A DNA stretch of 64,000 bases from the NCBI GenBank assembly GCA_965649825.1, contig OZ287712.1, positions 248,001-312,000 on the forward strand, in the 5' to 3' direction. The DNA is from Penicillus capitatus. Taxonomy: Eukaryota; Plantae; Chlorophyta. The notes below the pieces were generated by a model. That model saw only the letters and a program-made list of their open reading frames with translations. It was not told where the DNA came from and ran no database searches. Shown here piece by piece: positions 35,610-48,069 of this stretch; position 1 is the first letter of the stretch, and the number at the start of each line of letters is the position of its first letter. The translations under genes were made by a program, and so were the position numbers.

Positions 35610-37192
35610 TGATATTTTGACTGTCAATGTATAAATCTTGTATGTCTGTCAAAATGCCAAAAAGAACATTGATTCGATGTTAGAACGGCTCGATTATTAA
35701 ATCTTCTCTTTTGCATTACTATCCATATGGACAACTTTTTCAAATGCTCCTCGGGAGCGTCCATCTCCGACCCATCATCTCTCCTGTCCCTGGCAGTCAT
35801 GAAGACGCCATCAGTGTCAAGCGTACGCGTTATAACGCAAGAACAACTCGAGACCTTTCCAAACAGATACGGCTCTGTCCATCATTCTAATGCCGGCCAT
35901 TCGTGCATACAGTAGCATTCGTCTTTGGCTAAGTTAAAGCAGTACGAAGTGGCATGCAGTTTGCAGACCTGAAGTTGTTGAGAATCCCGACGTTCTACTC
36001 AATCTCGAAGTGCCTTTAAGTATCGAAGCAGACAAAACAACTTTGAGTCGTCCAACAGTGCAGCGCGTCGGGCATCCACGACAGCAGGAGATTTTCGTTT
36101 TGGCAGCATGTCCTAAGAGTCGCTATCTGGGCCATGGTGAACGTTCAAGTCTAAATCGCGACGCCGAACTCTGCTTCTTCCAGTGATTTGTTGGCTTGTT
36201 CGCCCGGATGCCAACGTAACTGAAGGCCCTAGGGTCTGATTTTGTTATATGACGTTTTGCTGTATTTACCTTGTTTGATGCTAACAGATCATAGAGTGGA
36301 GTCTCTGTTCATGATGCTGTCGAAACTGTCTTTTGCAGACCGCTGTCTCCATATCTCATTACTCACCGAGCGTTGTGTGCCATTCTAGACGAAGACCTAA
36401 GAGTGAGGATAAGGTGTTTTCAGCGAAATCAGTCATGGAGTCTAATGAATGATTAACTGGCATCGCATCGTCTGGATGTCGACGACCGTTTTGAAATCTG
36501 ATTCCTACGACTGGGAGCATCAGCGTTCAAGGGCACTGGTCAACCAAATCTACTCTTGCTTTCGGGTGCGAAGCGCATGCATCGCTGCCCTCTGTTCATT
36601 AGCTTGGGCGAAGATCACTAGCATTAGCGACGATGATGAGCTAGCCGTTTAATCATATCCCAGTCGGTATTGGACACTTCTCTGTCGCACATTTCTCACT
36701 TTGAAGAAAACGAATTCCAGGATTCGGTGATCCCTCCCAGTTTTGAAGAATCCCGCTGTTCCATAGACTTCTGATCGCCATTACCGGCGGACTGCACAGA
36801 CAGTAGACGATAAGAGATGTTGGAGGGTGTCGTCGACCTTGGCTTACAGTCGAACGTGGCCGCGTGTCCACAGAGTCGATGGTGTGTTCCCCGTCTTCGC
36901 TCGGACTCGGCGATGTCTACCATCCACAGCTGTGCGTTCGTTCGACGCTGAGCAAGAGGCCCACTTGGTTCTTTTTAGGAGTCGGCGTGCGCGTCTTGGT
37001 ACGCCGACTGAAGAAATGCCTTTTGGCTTTCGTGGCGGCGCGTGTCTTGTCGTGGCGTCGAAGGATGTCTTATGAAATGTGTAGCGATGCGATGCTCTGG
37101 TGAAACGAACAAGGAGACGACAATCGATCGGTGCTCGCAGGCAATGACTCATTAAACCTTGGGCGACGCCGATCTCGACGTCGTTGGCCACA

Positions 37193-38777
37193 ATGCCGAG
37201 TCATCTCATCTCAGATGGCTTCCTGCGGACACCGACGGCGTCACGACGCTGCGCATCGCGAAGTGTAACGCGGCATTTAGGAGTGACGCGAGGCGTCGGG
37301 AGAACAGATCGTATAACGCACACGGATCCGTCTGCGAAAACGCAACAGATGCGACGTTTCTTGGAAACGGCGCCATACGTGCCGCCTTCGTGGGCATCGA
37401 AACTGACAACAGTGGTAACGGTCCCTCACTCTCGGCGCATTTTGCTAAAATTTACGTGCGTTCAGGTACCGGAGGAGAGAATTGCGTTGGGATTGCTTCC
37501 GACGCCAATCCATCGATGGAAACTCCCAAACGTCCCATCCGATTTGGACGTGTGGATCAAACGCGATGACATGAGCGGCAATGAGCTCAGCGGAAACAAA
37601 GTGCCAGCTGCTTTGCACGGTATGCTGCTCATTAGGGAGTGACGGGTCGCGGACGGCAGGTTCGCAAATTGGAGTTCCTTCTTGCCGATGCCAAGAAGAA
37701 AGGAGCCGATTGCGTGATCACGATCGGAGGCATTCAGTCGAATCACTGTCGAGCAACGGCCGTCGCCGCACGTTATGTGGATCTCGATGCGCATCTCATT
37801 CTGCGCTGCAGCGAACGCGAAGCAGAGACTGATCCCGGACTGGTGGGCAACTTACTCGTCGACAGAATGGCCGGCGCATATATTCATCAAGTAAAGCGAG
37901 AAGACGCCCTCTGTGATGCTCTCTGCTAAAAGAGTGCTTGTTCAGGTCACGAAACAGGAGTATGCGTCGCAGGGTTGGCGCAAATTGACATCTCGATTGG
38001 CGGCGGATCTGAAGGAGAAAGGACATCGACCGTACGTGATACCGGTCGGTGGATCGAATGCTCTGGGGACATGGGGCTACCTGGAATGCATGAATGAGAT
38101 CCGCCAACAGGAGGATCCGCAGCTGCCCTTCACCGACATCGTTGTGGTGCATCCAAATCTATTCTCGAGAAAAGAACAAACAAACCAGAGTCGTTCAGGC
38201 ATGTGGCAGTGGAGCGACAGTGGGCGGATTGGCATTGGGCATTGCTCTGAGTGGAGCACCCGTTATACTGCATGCCTATGGCGTGTGCGACGATCCTGCC
38301 TATTTTTACAGAGAGATCCGGCAGATGTATGAAGACTTGGGTGCATTGCCCTTGTTAGAAGGGAGCAACGTCGAAGATCTTTTCTTGGCCGTACAAGCCA
38401 GAGGAGCTGGATACGCCATCAGTCGTCCCGAAGAACTCGAGCTTATCCGAGTCTGCCCCGACTGCCTTTTCTCACCATGCGACTGTGTCCGGTTTCAGGA
38501 TATCTCAACCTCGACAGGAGTGATTCTCGATCCAGTGTATTCTGGAAAAGCCATCTTTGGATTTCTGCACGATGTCCGAGAGCATCCGGAGAAGTGGAAG
38601 GGGAAGCGAGTGCTGTTCGTGCACACGGGCGGTCTGCTGGTGAAGATCTCTTTCTTCTTCTGCCATGCAAGGAATGCCTGTTTGTGGCAGGGAACCTATG
38701 CCAAGTGTGACCAACTGCAGCCACTCGTCCAGTCGCTTAGCACACTGCACAGATGGCACGAGGTGGAGAGCATGTGA
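37193..38777 (+). CDS. DCD: D-cysteine desulfhydrase (PLP-dependent, ACC deaminase/DCD family)
   Basis: PTPIH, IKRDD-SGNK|VRKLEFL, GGIQSNH, IPVGGSN, ACGSG, DPVYSGK and HTGG. The S and T at the diagnostic positions fit DCD rather than ACC deaminase. Confidence 0.92.
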
Positions 38778-39074
38778 CGTCCCATCAAACGACGCAGAGC
38801 CGTCCGTCCCTCTCTTCAAGCTCTTCCCAGATGTGTGATTAAACTGCCATGTAACTATGTGACAGAAGCGGCTGTCGACACTGGAAGCTGCCGCCGAGAC
38901 GGGGGCACCCTCGATCGCTATCGAATTCGCGGCGGCCGAAGCGTTTTTCTCCGCCGATCCGAGTCGAACACCGAACACGGCGTTCATCTCCATGAACCAA
39001 ATTTCGATCGATCGATCGTCGCTGCTTCTTTGCCCCGCATCGTGGTCGTGAAAGATAACCATTAACTTCGTCAG

Positions 39075-40084
39075 ATGAAGGCCGCAGGCAAGACGTCCTT
39101 CGCAGGAGTCTCCCTCGCGTTGCCCGCCACAATCCCGCGATCCACACCTTCGCGTCCGGCCGCCACCGTCGTCCGTGCACTGAATGTGACAAACCCTTCT
39201 CTTCTGCAGAAGGCGAACGATCATGTGCGACTGAATTTCTCGTCGAGAAGGTTTAGCGAGTCTAGTCACGGGCGTGGGCGTGTGGTTTACAGCCGAAGCA
39301 GCGCAGGCCGCCTACGGAGATCCTGCTAATGAGTTGGGGAAAATGACGGACACTTCAGGTAGCGTCGATCCATCCGGCTAAGCGGACTCGAATGTGGCGT
39401 CCAGGGTTCAGTTCATCCCTTACGTTGGCGAGGGATTCGCACTTAAACTCCCTTCGAGGTGGAATCCGTCGAGGGAACGCGAATTTGCCGGAGTCGTTGT
39501 TCGGTACGGACCTCTCCAAACGCGCCGCCACCGGTGAAGGCGACGGAGAGTGCTTAGGTACGAAGACAATGGCGACGCCGTGACAAATTTCTTGGCGATC
39601 ACGCGTGATACCGATAAGAAATCGATATCAGACTACGGCTCCGAAGAGGACTTCCTGAAAACGACGATCGCTCCTCTTCTGGGACAGCAGGTCCTTGCAG
39701 GCAGGACACCAGTGGCCTTAGCTCTTTACCGTAGCGATATCGGTGTCTTGCATAGGGGAGACAATGTCTGAAGGAGGCTTCAAACCGGGTATCGTCCAGA
39801 GCGCCTCTCTCTTGGAAAAGTCCCAGACCGCGGACAAAAACGGCAAAAACTTTTACACTTATAACATTCTCACCAGGTTTCTCACTCTTTTCCTTACTCT
39901 GCTGTCTGAAGGAATGCTTTGCAGATCTGCGGATGGAGACGAAGGCGGTCGTCATCAGCTCTTCTCCGCCACGGTGTCCAATGGGAAGCTGTTCATTCTG
40001 AAAGCGCAGTGTGGAGACAAGAGATGGTTCAAAGGGATCAAAACAGATGTCCAAGGACTCGTCGACTCCTTTATCGTCGCCTAG
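39075..40084 (+). CDS. PSBP: Photosystem II oxygen-evolving enhancer protein 2
   Basis: Transit peptide, AYGDPAN, LPSRWNPSRE, YEDNGDA, KSISDYGS, SEGGF, TR|SADGDEGGRH, AQCGDKRWFKG. Confidence 0.93.
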
Positions 40085-40193
40085 ATCCGATGCGCCCGTC
40101 GATTGGATCGCCGGCGGCAGGAATTCTTTTGAAAAGAGACCGACGTTCTTTCGATTTTTGTAACGAGAATTTGTGTTTCGTGTGATGTGGTTA

Positions 40194-41272
40194 TTATCTC
40201 TTCTTGTAGAGACAGGGTTTCAGTGTTGGCCACTGGATCTTCATCTTGCGAACCACGTGCTTCACTTTCTTGAAGACGAATACGACAAAGAGTGGAGAAG
40301 GCTTCTTTGCCAGGACACGCTCAAAACCGAGCTTCTCGATGGCGTCCACAAAAGCATGGTAGTCTTCCTTTCCCGACGGCGTCGCAGCGAAGCGGCTGCA
40401 GACCTGCGGATACCGTTTTCGATGGCCTCGCGAGAATGGAGGGTCGAACCTCAGCGATCCACAGAATCCCCTGCAGTTTCAGAACACGTGCTGCATCGTT
40501 CAGACACTCGTGGTAGTCCGTTCCCATCAGCGACAGCGAAAAGATAGCGATATCGTGCGAAGCGGATCCGAGTGGAGAGTGCGCCATGTCGCAGGCAATC
40601 ACTCTGGGATCCGTGGCGACCAAATCCAAGGACGTCACATCCTGTGCAGATGCTTGGCGCCTGTACAAGAAAGTCAGATGTCATGCGTACGTGTGCGACA
40701 TTGGTTTTCATGATTCTGGCATCACCGCAGCCGTAGTCGACCACTTTCTGATGCGGCGTCTGTTTCCGCAGCCAGCGGACGGCAACATCGACTGGCTGAA
40801 CACTCCAATGCCGCATGCTTTGCAAGTAGCCGAGGTGGTACTCGCGAAACAGCGATGCGTTGTTCTGGAACCGCTTCCAGGAGTCTCTCCCGGAGGATAG
40901 ATACAGACTCTGGTTCAGAAATCGGAAGTGGCCTCCCCGTAGACGCTCCTCGAATTTCGACATCAGTTTCGAGGTCGGTAAGGACGAAGATGGGCCAGAC
41001 GCATTCCCGATCTCCAGATCCTCCTCTGACGCAGCGGACGATCCGTTCGACGCATCTGCTGCCTTGGCAACCTGTCGGTGCGTTCTGCTAGGCGGCTGAC
41101 GGCGCTTCTGTTTTCTCCGTTCGAAGCGAGTCGTTCGTGTTCTGGACGTGAGTGTCTGGGAGCGCTTTTGATCGGTGTGGCGCTTGGAGATCCTTCTCAG
41201 CCTCGGTGCGTCTTTCTTCGACCCCTTCACCTTCTTCGAGGAGAACGAGCGCTGTCTTTTGTTCCTTCGCAT
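40194..41272 (-). CDS. RRP8: Ribosomal RNA-processing protein 8 (25S rRNA m1A methyltransferase)
   Basis: RLRGGHFRFLNQSLY, FREYHLGY, DYGCGDARI, ACDMAH, FSLSLMGTDY, IAEV and PCLYKKR*. Confidence 0.92.
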
Positions 41273-41515
41273 AGATGCCAACGGACAAACTCTATCTGAC
41301 GAAACGTGGGGGGTGGATACATCGATCGATGGATGCTTTTGAACGTGGACTCGGATGACGATCCGATTCTGGAGCTTGTGCGGACGGACATCCCGAGTGC
41401 TGACCAGGTAAGTCATGCGTGCTCCATGACCTTCTTCGACGAAGGATGCTAGATGACGCGTTTCAGAGCGATGACAACTTTCTCAACCCCTCTGCCAAGA
41501 TCTCGAAGAGAAATG

Positions 41516-42998
41516 TCACTCTTCGCTCAGCATCGCAAGGGAATTGAAGAATTCCGGATGCTCAGATCTCTTGTCTGTCCACTCCTCTCTCATTTGGAAG
41601 ACGAAACGATTTCGAATGTGCGCTTTTGAAGGACAACCGCACGTCACGACCGACCAGTAAACTGAGACGACAGTTGAGAGTACTTCCGTACTTCCACGCT
41701 GCGAGGTAAGTGCAGATTTCGCATCTTTCAGACACTGACCAGTATTACAGAAAGAAGGTAAAAGGAGTCGGTTCCAGTACACAGAGCAGGCGCAGTGTTT
41801 TATCTCCTACGAGTTGTTCAGACCCATTCTCCTCATTGCGTACTCCTTTGCGCGTCCAGTTAGCTTCTCTGCAAACCTCTCTGCGCTGTTTCGATACATG
41901 GCGTGTGTGATGCCGGTGTGCCGAGAGACGAGCTGAAGATGCGGTCCGACGAAAGCGACCCCATCGGCATTCCGTCCACTGACCAATCCACCCCACGGGG
42001 CGGCCATCGACTTCATATTCAGCAGTGGGCGATACGTTGAACGCGTATGTTCTTCGGGGAGAAGAGGTCGACGTCCATCCACGTTGAGAGCCGCCGCAGA
42101 CAAGTTCCACTTCGATGCGTTCCGCAGGCTGGGCGCCGATGCGGTGGAAGGCAACAGAATGCCGCTCGCAGCTGCCTTCTGCAGCAGCTTGTCGTTCTTC
42201 ATCTGAATCCTCTGGGCCCTGGGAAAGGCGAACTCGCGACAAAACGCGTAGGGGACAGGATGGCACACCGAATGGCGGCTTTGATGGCATTCTTCTCTGC
42301 GCGCTCATCTGCGGCAACCTGGGCGTTGTGTGCGCGCACCACCCCAGCCGTCTTGCCTCTGAAATTTGTCACTCCCCGCTGACCCAGTTCCACCAACTTC
42401 TTCGCAACCTGCATCGCACTTCGGCATATCTGGATCATTAGCGATCGAGACGCGCCTCTTTGAGGGTCTTCGATTGTTTGTAGTAGATGGTGTCCGGTGG
42501 ATTGTACAGCATGGAGTTGTCGAACATCAGCATCATGTCCTCCAGCAGCTGTTCCCACGACAGATACTGCCGTTCTGTGAATTTCTTCCGCATCGTGGTG
42601 AAGTCCATCGGATTCTTCACGATAGCAGAGTAACCCGGGGCGAGGTCGTCGGTCACAGGATCCCGAAAGAGCTCCTGTCGGTCCTGTTTCTGCAGATGGT
42701 CGATCACGCGCTGCATGTCGGAGTAGTTCGGTCTGGGCGGCGCCGGCGGCGGAGCTGCTTCGGATGACGTCGCCGACTCCGCCACAGGCCGTGACTCGCT
42801 CTTCGGCGAGGGCGGTCGAGCCGCATCCTGCTGGGAACTGCCCGAGCGGTGCTTCTTGGCCTTCTTGTTATGTCGGTGGCGGTGCCGGCCACTGTCGTCG
42901 TGACGATGCTTCTTGCGTTTCTTGTGCTGAGGCGAGACGATGAGTTGCCCTGGCGATGTCGCATTGGGAAGCTTCAGTTTCACCTTCAGACCAGTCAT
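41516..42998 (-). CDS. Bromodomain-containing protein (BRD7/9-like)
   Basis: KLKL motif and bromodomain LFRDPVTDDLAPGYSAIVKNPMDF..NSMLYNPPDTIYY. 3' exons are approximate. Confidence 0.8.
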
Positions 42999-43046
42999 CT
43001 CGGGATAATAGAGCACGCCGTCGCGTCGATGGACTAGATAAGAAAG

Positions 43047-44557
43047 ATGCGATCGGCAACCCTGTTGTCGGCCCTGTCGAGGACGCTGCTCTCAAAGCCC
43101 GGCCTCCTGTCCCTTTCAGACCATGTCCTGCAGGCTTCGAAGAGACGTCCACACTCCTGCGGCAAGAGATGTCTTCAGAACGGCTGGTTTCGCTGTCAGA
43201 GGCGGGGAGAAGTGCCGAGGTGCGGACGAGACAGAGTGAGTGGTGTGCTGTGCTAGTTCCGGTGCGAGTCCCGGGGAACCGCGATCTCAGGAGAAAGCTC
43301 TCGTGCCCCCTGCCGTCTTCCGGAGAATTCGCGATGCCGCTGTCTCCCAATACCTGCCGCTGTCATTGATCTCCCTGATGGCCTTTGGATACCTTCTCCC
43401 GCAGCCCGGATGCTTCTTGGCCGACGCAGACTTCATGAAGTACTGCACGTTCGGCGTCTTCGTTGCGTCAGGTAGATCGGATTCGGTTCTCGATCGCTCC
43501 GTTCCCGGAGAGTCGACTGCTTCGAGGGTTGCTGCTGGAGAAGAGAGAGGCAGCGAAGGCCCTTGGCTCGAGGGGTGGCATTCTGTACGGAATGTCATCG
43601 ATTCTGCTGCTGACGCCTCTCGCTGCGCCGGTCATGATGCTCCTGCCGGTGAAGCCGGCGGAACTGGCACTCGGACTGGCCGTCTTCATGCTGACACCTA
43701 CAACGCTCTCGACCGGCGTGACGCTCATTCAAGCAAGTTTCCGTCCGCCTTGTTCGATCTCGTGTCGACAACGAGTGTCTTCTGCAGGCAGCTCGGGCGA
43801 ATGTCGCCATGGCGCTGCTACTGACGCTGTCGAGCAATTTCGTCTCCGTCTTCACAATGCCCTTGACGATCTCGTGGGTGATGGGAAAGATGACGAGCGG
43901 AGCCGTCGCCCTGTCGCCTCTAGTTCTGCTGAAGAGCTTGATGCTGACGGTCTTGGCACCCACGCTGGCTGCATACGCCTCGAAGACCTCGATCAGAGGT
44001 TCGTCAGCGTCCGTCCCGTGACTGCTGCACGTCTTCGGTGCAGGGGGAGAGAACTGGGTGCGACAGAGAAGGAAGATCGTGTCAAGTCTGGGAAGCCTGT
44101 GTCTGGTGTTGATTCCTTGGATGCAAGTCAGCAGAGCATCGATGAGCGGCGTGACAGTGGACCCTTTGCAGCTGACCGCGACCGTCGGTGTCGGCATCGC
44201 CACACATCTGATCTTCTTCGGCGGAAACAACATGCTGGCAAACGCACTCCGTCTCGGTGGCGCTGCCAAGACAGAGGACGGTAGGAGCTTCCACCAGCAT
44301 CGCCTCTTCGACTCGTGCCTTCTGTATGCGTGGCAGTCGTGGCCCTGAGGAGGGCCATCGTTCTTATGAGCAGTCAGAAGTCCGTGACCATAGCTATTGC
44401 TGTTCTGACACAGCTCTCCGCACACCTGGGACCTGAAGCCATCGGGATAGCCTGCGTGCCCTGTGTCTTGGTCCACCTATCGCAGACAGTGATCGATTCC
44501 TTTATCGCCTCGAGGTGGATGAAAAAACACGAACATGAGGAACACGGTGGGCACTAA
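43047..44557 (+). CDS. Plastid bile acid:sodium symporter family protein (BASS4-like)
   Basis: Transit peptide, multiple TM helices, PTTLSTGVTL, SQKSVTIAIAV, CVLVHLSQTVIDS; GC-AG intron at 43733-43787. Confidence 0.85.
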
Positions 44558-45067
44558 GAGCTCCAACGGAACTCTCGCAGAAGGATCCATCGGCATGCAC
44601 TCCAATGCGGGCTGTGTTTGTTTTAGCAACGCTTTCGATTCTTCACATTAATGCTTCTCTTCGAATTGATAGTTTCGATTTGTCAGACCAGATGGGCACA
44701 ATGAAGGCATTCCCGACTGTATAAGGGAAGTCGCATCAAAACCTCTAACAGACATATTGATAGTCTTGTCACTACAAAAGGGGGACAGTTGCACTGTTGA
44801 GGACATTCTATTTCTAAGGTTTTTCACTGATGCGTGTGTTTGCTCATCGACAGCGCGACATTGATGGCATCTCGTGAATGTCATTGAGTTTTCCAAACCC
44901 GATCCTGACGACCTGAAGAATAGCGTTGTACACCTGCCATCCCTGTAGCCGTGGCGGAAAGGTATATAACTGACAGAATCTCCTGCTGCTTCTTGCGAGA
45001 CTCGCGCGTATTACCCTCTATTTGTTCTCGCAAGATTTCTTTTGTCGCCAGATCGTGGGATGAATGA

Positions 45068-45612
45068 CGAAACACAAGAGCCGTCCGGACACTACATATT
45101 CGGCACTAGACTTTTCTGTTCAAACGGTCATCATCAGTCGAAGAAATGCAACAATTCTAGGCCGAAGAAACTGAGTACCCTCCGAGCTTTTATAAAGTCT
45201 AAAAACCCTGTGTTCTGGTCTACACCAGTACTCTTTAGACGTCTGTAAACAAGACGATAACGGCATCTCTCGTCTAAATATGTGTTTACTAGATACAACG
45301 AAGGAATATATATCGCTGCAATCCTGGCGGTCAATGTGAAGGCAAGGATTAAATTAATCGATTGTTGTTGCATGATAGTCTCTTTTTAAGAGTTCATTAT
45401 TTCGAGTCCGATTGCGGCTGCGCCGGCCCTCACAGCAACATGCATCTATGTCCCTGAAGGTTTGCCAAAGACGAACGGCGGAATTTCCAGTTCTTGGAAA
45501 ACACACCCACTGCCCCAGTAGTTCATCGGACTCTATCCAACAACCATCATCTTTGCCATGATCGGCAGTCAGTCTTTCGGTTATTTCACAGGGAGAACGA
45601 TTAGGGTGTTCG
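45068..45612. mobile_element. 545-bp insertion with apparent 3-bp TSD (TGA) and ~7-bp imperfect TIR
   Basis: Empty site in copy 2: gatgaaTGAcgacga (~13475). Filled site: TGA[cgaaacac...gtgttcg]TGA. Confidence 0.4.
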
Positions 45613-47209
45613 TGACGACGACTGCCCACCCGCTCATCTGGGAACAACGACCGAGCAAGTTGCATACACTGGAGGACACGTCCACCGGCTTCCGATGTGC
45701 GATTCGAATCGGCGTGCCTGTTGTTGTGTCATTGCAATTAATCGACTATGCCCCATAAAAACATGGGCCCATCGAGTACATTGCCATTGTGACGATCTGT
45801 AGGAAAGTCTGATTCTGTTTTTCACTGTGCACTGTCTGAACCGGTTCCGAATATCCAGAAATCTGTCCCGTCAAGCAGACAATTGGCGAACTAGAATCGA
45901 ATGTCCCGCTTCTTTTTCTTTTCGTGACCACATCTCCGCGTCGATTCTCTCACTGCAAATCAAAAGGACTCGAAGTTGCACCAAGGTGCTTGGCCACAGA
46001 CACGGAATTCTACACGGAACGCTAAAATTTTGAGATGTTTGCCAGTCCGGTGTCATCATCCAGACACGCCACTCTCAGAGAATGCTTGTCCCACAAGCCG
46101 CCAAGGAAAGTCGACTGCGAAAAGGCGTTAGATGCGAATTCACAGAGCTTCTCTCTCGGCCCGTTTCTTTGATCTACAGGATCACACGATGCTTTCCGTA
46201 CGCCAGATCTTCTAACGCCCTCGCGTATAAAACACCTACTCTTCGCGCTCGTGCCAGGCATACGAGAGCTGCTTGAACGATGCAGACTGCGCGATCATCA
46301 ATGTCCCACCCATCGTCACGTTCAAAGCCAAGGTACCCCCAGAACAATCCCACACGGTCCACCACGATGTTTTCTCGGATATCCGATCCTTCGCGTCTCT
46401 TCGCCATCTACAAGAAGGTGACGATCCGATCGAGTGACACGAAACAGATAACGCCTCATGACGTAGAATGCTAACGATGCAGCAGACCCTCTGGCATCTC
46501 TCGTCTTGCAGGGTGGCGGCTGCTATTGCCAAAGAGGCTGACGTCGAACAACTGCTTTTTGGCTTGGCGTGAAAGTGTGATCATCTCACTCTTTGACACA
46601 CACCACTGCCTGTGCTGCACACACCTTCAGAATGTTCAACAAAGGCGAAGAGGGGCGAGATGGTCACGTTGCATTGCAAAGTGTGACGTCGATGCAGATG
46701 GAGTGAGAAATCGCGGAGTGTGAGAACGCAGGGTCGTCGGACGGATGGTTCGGTGCTCGACAGCAGCCACGGCGGCGGCGTGCCGCTCGGCGTCAGGCTG
46801 GAAGCACGGCAGGCAACACAGGGACGGGAAGCGGGGGTCCTTGGAGCGAGCGTTGGCCAAGACGCAGACTGAAGGTTCCACCGGATACGGGAGGGATACG
46901 GTGAAGCGGGTTCACCACCAGAGATTCCATGTCGTTTCTCTGCCCCCCAATCCGACAGAGAGATCCAGTTCCGGTCTTCGGGAGATACCACGCTCGTGCT
47001 CGGTGTCGAAATCGCGTAGTTCGAGACGCCTGCATGACGCATGTGCGAGGGCTTGGATCTGCGATGACCGTTACCGTGTCAAGAAGAATGGATGCCATTT
47101 GCCGAGAATGCAAGGGACGGAGCGCGTGCCGCTGCCGGCAACGACAAACAAGGCGTCCAAGACCACGCGAACGCGCCTGTGGGAGCTGCGTAGAATCATC
47201 AAGTAATAC

Positions 47210-48069
47210 ATGTTCACAAGGAAGAGGAGGAGCGTGTTCTCACCGCAGAGCAGTATGTGTCTTGTGGGGCTGGGTGTCTGTAGTCTGCTCTACGTGGGGG
47301 TCCTTCAACTGGCCCTCAGAATCAAGCCTGGAGGATCCCCTGTCCTCTCAGCAGCTCGGGAGACATCACCGGAGAGCACTCCCGAGCCTCGGCTACCTCC
47401 CACCGGACTCTACGCCTTGGTCCTGGAAGGGAACCCGGACCAGAACATCATGCTGTGCGGTTTGTTCGTGCAGGGGGTCGTGGAAGACATCGACGGCGAG
47501 CCGAAGGATCTGTCCGAGTTTGCAGGGAATGTCTCAGTGGTGGTGAACGTTGCCTCGCATTGCGGCTTCACCGAGACAAACTACAGAGGCAAGCCTGATG
47601 ACGTGTGACTGCGAGCGACGTGCTCAGAGACGCTGTTGTCCAGGGCTGCAGGACCTCTACGACCGGCACCGTTCCGATGGATTCACCGTTCTGGCATTCC
47701 CTTGCAATCAGCCTGGAAACCAAGAGCCAGACGAGTGTCCCGAGATCAAGGCATTCGTCGAGGCAGAGTACCACGTCACCTTTCCAGTGTTCTCCAAGGT
47801 GTGAGCCAATCTCCCAAGAGGCCAGCTGAGATGTCTCTGCTGCGCAGGTCGACGTCAACGGACCGAACACGAACGCCGTCTTCAGCTTCCTGAAGCAGCA
47901 TCTGCCGAGCGGTGAAGGACAGGAGGAGGCAGTGGACTTCGATCTGCCGTGGAACTTCCAGAAGTTCCTGATCGGCCGAGACGGCATGCCCCGAGATCTC
48001 TTTCCTCGAGAATTCGCCCGGGAGAGACTCGAATCTGCCATTGTCTCGCTGCTGCACTCGGAACAGTGA
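47210..48069 (+). CDS. GPX: Glutathione peroxidase (Cys type, N-terminal TM/signal)
   Basis: NVASHCGFT (TGC Cys), FPCNQPGNQEP, WNFQKFLI; GC-AG intron at 47589-47643. Confidence 0.9.

Noticed and set aside
37193-38777. ACC deaminase
   Set aside because: It has DPVYSGK and HTGG rather than the DPVYEGK and HLGG typical of true ACC deaminases.
46500-46600. Third XPA-like paralogue (MITLSRQAKKQLF)
   Set aside because: Only a short resemblance, flanked by stops; the other conserved blocks of the 55354/59471 pair are absent.
47550-47580. Selenocysteine GPX
   Set aside because: The catalytic codon is TGC (Cys).
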